Below, one piece after another: positions 1 to 11,300 of a DNA stretch of 64,000 nt (the stretch's first letter is position 1; each line of letters begins with the position of its first letter). A model generated the notes under the pieces. That model saw only the letters and a program-made list of their open reading frames with translations, ran no database searches and was not told the origin of the DNA. Source of the DNA: Podarcis bocagei (Eukaryota). A program made the translations under genes and the position numbers. The stretch is from assembly GCA_964188305.1 (NCBI GenBank), contig OZ076895.1; one strand, given 5' to 3'.

Positions 1-559
1 TTGGGGCAAATGAGAAGAAATGGGGTGAACTGAACACATGGGTGATCTTTGGAGTAATTATTACTGTTCTGGAAAACCACTTCAGGAGATTCCTCACTCA
101 TGTGTTTGTATGAAAAAAACATTATTTTTTTATTCTGAATGTATTGTACATTTCCAACATTTGCCCCTAAAAGTTACTGGATGGTTTTGCTAAGACTTGA
201 GTGCCAAATTAAAAAGTACAACCATGATGAGACAATACTTTTAATACACGGAAGAGCCCTTTCCTCAAAAAATAGTTGGTTCCCAAAGGCCTGTTGAAAT
301 AGAACTGTCTTCACCTGCCAGCAGAAGGACAGCAAGGGGGAAGTCAGCCTCACTTCTCTAGGAAGGGAGCTCAGGAGTCTGGGATAAGCGACTGAGAAGG
401 CCCTTTCCTTCATTCCCACAAAGCATGCTTGTGAGGGTGATACGGGGCTGAAATCTTAATGGCGAGCCCCATCAGGTTCATATGAGGGAATATGGTCTTT
501 CAGATAGCCTGAACCTAAGCTGCCAAACACTGAGTCAACCTCTTCATCCTGCTATCCAC

Positions 560-1770
560 TATGATCCTAAGGTCTCATTCCTAGCCAGTCATTCCCATTT
601 CAGACCCCAAGGGTGTGTATGTGAAATTAAGGTTTTCACCCAACATGCATCACTTTATACTTGTTAACACAGAATTGCATTTGTTTTTTTTACGATCCGT
701 TCACTCAGCTCGTAGAGGTCCTTTTTGTCTTTTTAATGACCCTGAACAATTTAGTATCTTCTGCCAATGTGGCCACACCATTGATTACCCCTAACTCTAG
801 ATCATTTATGAACAGGGCAAAAAGCACAGGTCCCAATACTGATTCACTTCCTGCATTTCTTAATTTGAAGAACTGTCCATTTATTCCCATTCTGCTTCCT
901 GCTACTTAAACAATTCCTGATCCAAATGAGGATCTCTCTTATTCCATGACTGCTAAGCTTAGGAGTCTTAGATGAGGTACCTTTTCGGGGTGAAATTGAA
1001 AGTCCAAGTTCATGGTCAGCTGGATCACCTCTGTCTATATGTTTGTTGACATGCTCAAAAAATTCTAATAGTTTTGTGAGAAAGGACTTGGCGTTCCAGA
1101 AACTATGCTTATTCAACTTCAACAAGACTTATTATTCCATATTCTTGATTATTTTATGTTTAACAATTCTTTCCACCAGTTTTTCTGGGACATAGTTAAG
1201 ATAACTGGCCTGTAATTTCCAGGACTGGTGTTAAATTAGTTACTTTCCAGTCCTCTGGTATGAAAACTTATCTGAGGAATAAGTTGCATATTTTTGTTAG
1301 AAGATCTGCAATTTCCCATTTGAGTTATTTGAGAACTCTCAGGTGGATGCCATGTGGACCCAGTGATTTGTCGGTTTTTATTTTGTCTATTAGGCCTACA
1401 ATTTCATCTCTCATCACCACTATCTGCCTAAGTTCCTCAGACTTTCCTCCTGCAAAAGTTAGTTGCAGCACTGGACTCTGTCCTGTATCTTCCATTGTGA
1501 AGACATGTGCAAATAATTCATTTAACTTTGCCACAATATTCTCATCCTGCTTTTGCACACATTTGACTCGCTTGTCATCCAAGGGTCCAACCATCTCTTT
1601 AGATGATCTCCTGCTACTAATGTATTTAAAGAACTTATTGTTGTTTGTCTTTGTACTTTTAACATTGTGCTCCTCAAATTCTTTTTTACCATCTCTTTAT
1701 TGTCTGTTTGCCAAAGTTTGTGTTCCTTTTTGTTCTCTACTTTTGGGTAAGACCTGCATTTTTTGAAGGC
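560..1770 (-). mobile_element. Degenerate CR1 LINE ORF2 (reverse transcriptase) fragment
   Basis: Frameshifted minus-strand ORFs: SVLGPVLFALFINDLE...AEDTKL (cf. GSVLGP/FADDTKL), LTKLLEFFEHVNK, DKSLGPHGIHLRVLK. Confidence 0.9.
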
Positions 1771-2200
1771 AGTCTTATCTTCAATAGTTCATGTTATGAG
1801 GAAGCAGATTCCACAGGACACATAAATCAGTAATCTGAAGATGATGGAGACAGCAGGTCAGGTAGAGTCCCAACCTGTGATCAAGATCTAAGAGCATAAA
1901 CATTGGGAAGTAAAAGGCACTACAAGGCAGGCATTAAGCATACATGTGGATCAACAATAACAGCAATAAGATGCAGAGTTGTCAGGATCCTGCTCAAGTC
2001 ACTGAGAGCTGATCACTTGTTCTCATGGAGTCTCAGTTTTAACCAAGCCCTCACATATATATCCTGTCCCTGATTACCCCTCCCATGCGCTACCTACTTG
2101 GCAGAGGACTGGAGAGCCTTATAGAGGCAGCCCTTGAGCCAAGCACCCCATTACCCCTCCATATGCTCCCATCAGATGTTCTGCTTGTGTTGGTCTGAAA

Positions 2201-2675
2201 GACTGGTTTTCAAACAGTGCGCCGTGGCACCCTGGGATGCCTCAAATGATGGTCAGGTTTGCCGCGGGCAACACAGGCTTCTGTCCCTCTTTCCTTCCTT
2301 CCCTCCCTCCCTCTGAAGCCCTCTTGCATCTCTGCCTCCCAAAGGCTTGCACAGCTGTTTGTTGCAGCAGCCCTGGCTACAAGCATCCCAGGCAAATGGT
2401 GCCGCTGGGTTGGCCAGGGGGTGCTGGTTACCAGGAGCTGAAGTGCCTCACACACCAGGGGTGGCTGCGGCTACCTGGAGGATTCCCAAGAAGAATGGAG
2501 AGGAGAGGAAGCTAAGAGAACACTCCACAAAGGAGGGTGTTTGAAAAAGGGTGAGAGGCTGCCAGCTCTTCAGGCAAGGGGTGACATAACTGCGTTCCTG
2601 AGCCCTATAGGGGTGCCGCAGAAAGAATGTAGTTGGTCAAGGGAGCTGTGGACTCAAAAAGGTTGAAAACCTCTG
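2201..2675. mobile_element. Non-autonomous hAT-like element
   Basis: Inverted ends tggttttcaa ... ttgaaaacctctg; subterminal gccgtggcaccc / gggtgccgc; TSD not clear. Confidence 0.55.
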
Positions 2676-3173
2676 GACTAAGGAGAATGAGTCAGGCCCT
2701 GGTTCCTCTGGGGACTACAGCTTGGGGCTGCTCTTTCCATTTCCAGCTCAAGGACCTTGTATTCCAGAGTTTCCTGGCCGTCAGATTCAGGCTTGCCATT
2801 GAGATTTCAGCTCATTTCCTGTGCCACTAGTTCGCTCAACCTGGCTGGTACCTTTTATCTCTGTCAGAATTCTGACTGCTGTTCCAGGTCTAGGCCATGA
2901 CCTCAACTATGGTTCCTTTGTCTGTTTTTACCCTGTTGGAATTCACAATGCAGTATACGCCTATTTCCTGGGACCCTGAACTTACTGAATTAGAGGAGAA
3001 ACATATTCTCAAAGAAGTTCCATCCAAATTTCAGCTTCATTTTGGTGACAGATTTGAGGATCAGACACTCATTGCTACAACCATACCCTCAGTGCACTGT
3101 GGGTTAGAAAAAACACAGTATGGATTTATTTGGAACCTGGACTGCTGGTCAATATATTCCCCTAAAGATTCAT

Positions 3174-3314
3174 TAGAATCATAGAATTGTAGAGTTGGAA
3201 GGGACCACAAGGGTCATCTAATCCAGCCTCCTGCAATGCAGGAATATTTTGCCCAACTTCGGGCTGAACCCATGTCCCTATAAGAGTCTCACACTCTACA
3301 AACTGAGCCATCTC
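3174..3314 (-). mobile_element. tRNA-Lys-derived SINE with CR1 3' tail
   Basis: Reverse complement shows a tRNA-Lys-like head, the CR1 tail ggtcccttccaactcta and ATTCTATG repeats; homologous to 50178-50320. Confidence 0.85.
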
Positions 3315-5193
3315 ATACTGGGACAGAGTTGAACTTTTAAAAAGTCCTGCTTCCAATTCCTCTGAATTAAGACATGTGTCATTTGGAATCAAGAAACATA
3401 CTTCTAGTCAACACAAGTAAGAAACTTCAGAGCCATCAAATTATTTCAGAACTTGGTTATTTTTGTAACCATTTGCAATGGACCCCCTCCACCCAAGGTA
3501 TCTGCTCTGCTTTTTAATGCCAGAAGATGTATCTCATTTACTTAACACTTAATCACTTATGGGAGTGATTTCAAACTGGGTCATTTCTTAATACTACAAG
3601 AAATAATCAACCCAGCACTGTAATACACTTTTTACCAGTGCCAGATCCTAAACTTGAGATGGTACCTAGTGTTGTTCTTTTCTGGCTTCTGGTAGGTTTG
3701 GTCCTGACATAACAAAACCATAATGTCCTCTGTTTAATTACTTAAAAGAAGAGAAGATATCAGACCTCTGTTTCTTTGACATCACCTAAAGCTAGGAATT
3801 TACCCACAGAAAGAAGGTACCTGATCCATTTCCTTTTGATAGGATTCCAACCAAAATTTCAGTTGCCATAGAACCAAGTGTATCAGGTTATTAATGCTGA
3901 AGGACCCTTCAAAATTCTATCCCTATACAATCTTACACAAAATAAATTTGCTCAGAGTCATCCCTAAAGTCTTCTAGTGTGAGTAGGCAAGAATTTCAGT
4001 GTTCAAGTATTGCATCAGGTATACAACTTCAAAAACTTTGAGCACCCTTGGTTTTTGTCTGCTGTTTGGCCTGGTCTATGGCTGTTGAAATAGTGGGGGG
4101 TTTTTCTGTACCTAGCCGTGCTTGTAAAGAACACAGCCAAATTCAGAAGCCCTGTTTGTCACCACTAAGTTTCTGTATTATTTGTTTTTTGAAGAATGAC
4201 AAAGCCAATGGCTATTATAGAGGTAGCTGAAGCAGAATATCTCAGAAATATAATTTCTAGAAATGAGGAGCATTCAGGGAACCCCAGAGTTAGGTCTCAA
4301 AGAGGGGACTTTGATGGCTATTTCATATTTTTGCATTTACATAAATAGCACTTCCATGAAACAGAAGCTAAGTTAGCCCTAAGCTGTCTTAAATATGGCT
4401 TGATTCTCACATAGGCAGTAGGGAATTGTATTGTCCAGAGTAGCCAGTGTCAACCTCAAGCTGAAAACGACAGCGCTTCACCAAAACTGCCTCCATCTTC
4501 CTGGGCTGTCAGTCTTTCTCTTCTGATCAGGGAGTGAGGAATTTCAGCATTCTACACTGACCTTGCTGGCTGACACTGTGCACCAGAGACAGATAAGGAC
4601 GTTAACCTGAGAAAATGAATCAGTCAGTGTTTATTTTTTGTGTTTGGTTCTAAAGAGCTTTTGGTAACAAAATACTCCATGCGAGGATGTTCATTCTCTT
4701 GCTTTGTAAGAAAGATGGACATACTAGTGTCAGTCGAGTAGTGCTTATAATAATGTACTGGATGGAAGATCTTTAAATTGCCCAAGAACCGAGATATTAT
4801 TCTGATGAGATTTCTTTATTCTTCACCTGCCTGAATTCTTCTGCTTGCCTCATCTGCTCTAGGTGTTACTCAGTTGTAGATCTCCTGAAAAGAAATAAAA
4901 TTTTGTCAGCAAATAGAAATATTGCATCTCTTTTATTGAAGATTATCACTTCCACAAGCAGGGCAGCATTAGCTATGGGTAAAGGTTTTTAAGTATTGAA
5001 TTGATTGTTCTGACTTGTCTCCTTTTAGTCCATATTTCCAAAGTAAGTAGTGTACTTTGTTGGAACATATCCTTTTAATGGTTAAAATCATACTAATTTT
5101 GCATAATCTTGGTCATTCATGGTCACTCTCTCTCTTCTTGCATTCTGTTGCTTCACTAACCAACTCCTGCTGATTGGCTACTTATTTCTTCAG

Positions 5194-5361
5194 CTGACTT
5201 TGCCTTTCTCCAATCAAGATGGGTGCCTTGGGGATGAGGCTCCCTGCTCTCCCTTCTCCCCTTCTCCCAACTACAAGCTTTCTCCCTCTGGTTCCACACT
5301 ACCCGTCTGCCTTGGGGCAATCGGATCAGGGCTCAACCCCCAAAACTTCGCTGCTAGACAA
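5194..5361 (+). CDS. TNRC6B: TNRC6B exon ([13 protein letters not shown]...NFAARQ), 168 nt, phase 0/0
   Basis: ttcttcag| acceptor, |gtaagg donor; translation matches recalled TNRC6B segment. Confidence 0.9.
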
Positions 5362-8300
5362 GTAAGGAGGTCACATTCTTGGTTATATTACTTCTTGGCT
5401 GCATCCTATAGATAATCCTTGTCAGCTTGGTTTTTGCACCCGTTTTTTAAATGTTTTTTTCATGGAAAATGTAGTAAGATAAATCTCAAATTCAGGAACC
5501 CACCAGTCTTTATTGCTTCCTTCCAGACATTCAATATGTTGCTTATGTCTGTTACTTTGATCCCTTACTAATACCTCACAACAGTCTGTGAGTTTACTTT
5601 CTCAAAGAAAGTAATTAAAAGTCGGGGAATAAACATTTTGGAACCCAGTGCAAGAATAAACACTTTCCCCCCTTGTTCTAAAAAAACAAATTTGGCACTA
5701 AAACTTCATACTACATTTATGCAGTAGTTACTCTGTTTAAATTTGTATGTGTGTTTGCCCTTAACTTATCCTAGAGCAGTTTTGAAACCGAAGAAGAGAC
5801 TAACAATTCTATCCGTTTGGAAATCTCTAGGAATAACAACACAAGCTATAACCACATCTACAAATGTTTTTCTAAGGTTAATATGTATCGTGAATGTATC
5901 CCTGCAAAGGGACTAGGTCACTTCTACTGGAATTTGTTTTCAAATTGAATATGCAAGAGACACCTGGCACAAAATGTTGCAGTGTGCTGTGTTCCCTGTT
6001 CTGAATTCCAGACACCAGTCCACCCCACCACCACCCCACGCCTGTTTTAGAGTCAATTCCCCATACCTCCAAACAGTCTGCATTACACGGCCTCTGAGCA
6101 TGCTCAGATCCCATTGGGCTGTTTTGGGGTTTCCCTTCCCCTGAGTCTGCTGATACCTCTCTTTTGTATATGATGGTGCTGTTTTGACTGTGTAAGCAGT
6201 GGCGCGTTCTCTCTTAGAATATTGGAATTGCTTTACTGTGTATGATTAAATGCAGTTTGAGGACTGCTTAAGACCTTTGAGTAACTTTCCATATTAAATA
6301 AAGAAGCAGCTAAAAACAATGAAGTCCATCATATTAGGTAGTTCTTAATATTTTCTTCTGCTATATGTAATAAGTAATAAATACTGCTATCTACAGTATT
6401 CAAACACAAAAGACAAATCCCTTTAAATATAAACATTGCTTATCTTTTCTCTGCACCTTCTTTTCTCCTCTTTAAAATGTGTATGGCATACAATCAAACC
6501 TCTTAGAAGGGAATGTGTTTGAAAAAAATGCCAGGCAAATGAATCAAGATGAAATAAGGGTGACTGTCATTGGCATGTTACAAATTCTCATAGTTATATT
6601 AACCCCAGGCTCCAGCTAACATATATAAACAACTATACTCACAAGCTGATTTGACTTTCTTTCATTCATTCATTTTTAGGGTGGCAATCAAGGTCTGTTT
6701 GGAAACAGCACAGCACAATCGAGAGGAATGCACCCACCAGTGCAACCGCTAAACCCTTCACCTAATATCCGGGCACAAGTGCCTCCCCAGTTTCTTTCTC
6801 CCCAGGTAAACAATTTTTAAAAGTTTCTTTGTAGATGGTTTGTTATAGTCTCTTCTGTTGTTCCACATATGGAGTTGGATTTGAGGACATCTGGTGGAGG
6901 GAAGAGGCTTTAGTCCGTTTCCCAAAGCTACATATTTTGTATGGCTCATCAGGAGCTAAAGAGCAGGTACAGTGTCTTTTTGCAGTCATCTTTCTAATAG
7001 CATAAGCTTTTTCTTCATCTGCATTCGTTGTTTTCTGCTGTTGACTTTTTGATGTTAGAAGTATTTGGTTTCAGTTTGAAACTTGTGACAAGGGAATCCA
7101 GATGTGCCATACAAGAGTGAAAGTGCCACCCACTTCCAGTTTGTTTTAATTGGTATTTATGAGAGTGCAGTGGGGGCATGAGATTGATGGGTGCTCTTTG
7201 ATGAGAGGGAGAAGTCCTTGTAGAGGGGATGTGTGACTTTGAACCTAAGTAAGGGAGAGCCTAGTTGGGTGTGGATTGCTATCTTAGAAAGTTTTCTAAT
7301 AGGTGGGTAGGTGAGCTTTGTTTAATTATGGCTTTACACAAACAAGCAGTGTGCTGGTGCATGCTTCTCAAAGGTCTCTGCTTAGCTCCTCTCCTGCTTC
7401 ATGTTGGGAGCAACAAACTATGATTGGTAGCCAAGATTTGGTTTTGGGGTACCACTTATAGTTCCCTTGAAGAAAACAAACCATGAGCCCAAGTCTGCAT
7501 AACAACAAGCCAAAACATGCATTTTGTTATTTCTGATGCTGCTAATTCATGTTAAATCCATAGGTAAACATCAACTGAGTTTTAACATTATTTATACTGA
7601 ACCAATGGTGCCCCCACTCCTTAGTTCATCCTAAAGTGTAAAAAGGATGTAGCTGAGGAGAAGAGGGGCTAGCAAGAACCTCACTCTGTCAGAGCTCTAT
7701 ATCATGTTGTTGCACATTCAGAAAAAGCTCATCTTCCTCAGAGGAACAAGTTGCTCCTTCCTCCTCCTCCTCTTTTGTGCATTGCAGTCTCTGTTATTCT
7801 CTTCTCCTTGCACCCCATTTCAAATGGTGTGGGTGGGTGTGTACATATACATGCACACATTTCTGTATGATATACAGTGGTACCTCGCAAGACGAATGCC
7901 TCGCAAGATGGAAAACCCGCAAGACGAAAGGGTTTTCTGTTTTGGAGGCGCTTCGCAAGACGAATTTCCCTATGGGCTTGCTTCGCAAGAAGAAAGCCCA
8001 TAGGGAAATCTCCGGGGACCTCTTTTAAATGCTGGTGGTGGGGAGCAAAGCCTTTCCCCCCCTCCGGCCTTCAGAAGAGGTCCAGGAAGGCCGGCGGGGG
8101 CTGAAAGGCTTTGCTCCCCACCGCCAGCATTTTAAAAGCAGTCCGGGATAGCAGGAAAGCGCTTCCTGCTATCGCAGACGGCTTTTGAAGGCAGGCGGGG
8201 GGGAGCAAAGACTTTCGCCCCCCGCCCGCCTTCAGAAGAGGTCCAGGACCTCTTCTGAAGGCGGGCGGGGGGCAAAAGTCTTTGTCCCCCCTGCCTGCCT

Positions 8301-11300
8301 TCCCAGGGGCTTTTACATCGCCCCGGACAGCGGAGAAGTCCTCCGCTGTCCCGGGCGATTTTAAAATGCCACCCGCCAGCATTTTAAGATCGCCCCGGAC
8401 AGCGGAGAAGTCCTCCGCTGTCCCGGGGTTTTTAAAAATGCTGGGGGTGGGAAGAAAAGCCCTTGTCCCCCTCCCCAGCCTTCAGAAGAGGTCGGGGGAC
8501 AGACTGTCCCCGGACCTGGTCTGAAGGCGGTTTCCATAGGAACGCATTAATTGATTTTCAATGCATTCCTATGGGAAACCGTGCATCGCAAGACGAAAAA
8601 CTCGCAAGAAGAAAAAACTTGCGGAACGAATTAATTTTGTCTTGCGAGGCACCACTGTACTGTTAAAGCTACTCATCCACCAGGGCCCTGCCACAAACTG
8701 AAATAGAATATGTTAACTCCAGAATCATGTTCCATATTAATCTCAAGCTCTTTTCTTTAAATGTACAAAATGTTTGTGCATTGTTCAAAATTTCAGCCAA
8801 ACAAAAGCTAGCCAACTCAAGTAATTGATTCCTTTATGTACTCACATATTGCTATATGTGTTTGTACCATATTCTTTATGTTCACTTTTCCTTTGTTGCA
8901 TTATTTGTTGATGTTCAATTTCATTATGATTAAGATCACACACTTTCTGTTTTCAACAGAGACATCTTGCTTTTGCACACAGACCTGCTACAAATGTCTT
9001 TGTTGTTCTGTCAGTTTCTGGTTTGACTTGTGTATGCCTTTGCACTTTTTATTAAGGTTTCTGCCTCCATGCTCAAGCAATTTCCTAACAGTGGTCTGAA
9101 CCCAGGTCTTTTCAACATGAATCCCCAGCTTTCTCCTCAACAGATTGCTATGTTGAGCCAACTTCCGCAGATCCCCCAATTTCAGCTTGTAAGTAACTAT
9201 CCTACTACAGTAGCTGACTGAATTTTGCATACCCCTGTGACTGTTTTTGCAGCTTTAATCTTTTTGGGAAAATGTTGTACTTCAGATCTGTGGAAATATA
9301 TATTTAGTTGTTGAAAAGGCACATATAAGTCATATGCAGTTGTGGGGAGGGGACACTTTCTAGCAATGACTTGTACCTTTACAGTAAATCAAGCTTCATA
9401 CTAGAAGTACTGGGCAGAGGCACGCCATACATTTAAACCACATGACTTTCCCAAAGTATCCTGGGAACTGTCATTTGTTTAGGGTGCTGGGGATCATAGC
9501 TCTGTGAGGGGAAAACTGCAGTTCCCAGGACTCTTTTGGCAGGTGAGTCATATGCATTAAATGTGCATTAGATGTCCTTTAAGTGCTTGGTGTGGATCAT
9601 CCCACTATTTCTAATTAGATGTAAAAGGGAAGGCACTGCGCTCATCCATAGGCTAAAACGTTCATGGTAAGTTTCTTTTATTATAAAAAACTTACAGTGC
9701 TAGTCATATCTGCTGAACAGTGCTCATTTGCCAGCAGTTAATGCCTATAAATAAAGTCCTTCATTACCTCCTCTACTTGCCTTCCAGGCTTGTCAACTCA
9801 TCCTCCAGCAACAGCAGCAGCAGCAACAACAACAACAGCAACAACAACTGTTACAGAGTCAAAGAAAGATTTCCCAAGTAGTACGACAACAGCAAGAACA
9901 GCAGGTACAATATTTAATCAGCAATGTATGCATGAGGTGTACAATAAAGCCTAGCAATATACCAAGAAGATGTTATTAAAGCTTTATTATTGCTTGAAAC
10001 TAATGCACTGTTCAAAATATAATCACTTGTTTGTACTAAGATAAACAAATTCTTCTTTATTTCATTAACTGCAGATTGCCCGTATGGTGAATGCCTTTCA
10101 GCCACAACAGAGGCAGCCTGGCATGAAACATTCTCCATCCCATCCAGTTGGGCCTAAACATTTAGACAGCTTAGTACCTGGTGGTCTGAATGTGAGTCTC
10201 TCAGATATACCAACCAAAGGGCAAATTCCTGGATATAGTTCAGGTAAGTACTGTAAATAGCTAAACCCTGTGATCTGCTTTGATTTCTTAAGCGCTAAGA
10301 ATCTGTGTACCAAACGCAAAGACTGGATTTGTTGTTTGTGTCAGTTGAATTGCTGAATCAGTCTTGCTACATAGAACTCTAGCTTCCGTTCTTCTCTGCA
10401 GAGTGTACTTCAGCATTATGTTGACTCACTAGCTTTATTTTCAAACAGCCTTGCTTATTGCAGGATATCATGTTACAAAAAGTATTTGTGCAAAAGCATA
10501 AGACAGCCTTGTAGTGATGAGCATTTGCATCATCTCAGCCATCTATATCACGGGTGTCAAACACAAGGCCCGCGGGCCGAATCCGGCCCGCCAGACCTCG
10601 TCGTGTGGCCCGTGTAGCCGCCGCCGGCTGCCAGTCTATGGATTTGTTGTCTCGGCAGTTTCACGCGAAGCCGCCGCTTTTATCTCCCCCCTCCCCCGCC
10701 CACTCCGCCGGAAGCGCCGCGAGGCATTCGAAACCCGGCGGGAGTCGGAAGCGGCGGTGCGATGCCCATGGAGGAGAACGGCGGAGCCTCGTCCGGGAGC
10801 AGCGCAGGTGGGGAGCCGCCAAGAGAGGCTGGGCTGCCTCCTCAGGGTCCGGGGGGAGGGTGTTTATTGTAGGCTAAGGGGTCTCCTGAGCATGTGCAGA
10901 GCGCTCTCCGCCTCGCCCGCCCCGCCCCCCAGCAGAAAGCCCGTGAAGAAAAGCCCAGCAGCAGCAGCGCCCTTCTTTTTATCGCTTATTGTGCAGGCGA
11001 GGCTGCCTCCCCCGATATAGATAGAGATATGAGAGAGGAGGAAGTCAGAGAGGTGGAAAAAATATGGGTCTGGTGTCGGTGGGATTATAACCTCCCTCAT
11101 GAGGATAAGTCGGAATTTAGCAAAGTAGGGTGCAGCTTTCCTCCCCCCCTCCAAAAAACAAACAAACAGAAAAGTTTGTAGCACTGATCCTGAAGCCAAG
11201 GTACAATTTTAGCATGCTATTATTTTCCACCTCATTTCGCTTTGTAGCTGGTGACCGGTATCCATTACTTTGTTGTTTGTATTCTTGATGAATGCTATAT

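Noticed and set aside
7704-8666. Cluster of overlapping ORFs
   Set aside because: Explained by the GC-rich MITE; no transposase motifs seen.
10514-11199. GC-rich ORFs or an internal CpG promoter
   Set aside because: They fall within a TSD-bounded hAT element and show no recognisable protein.
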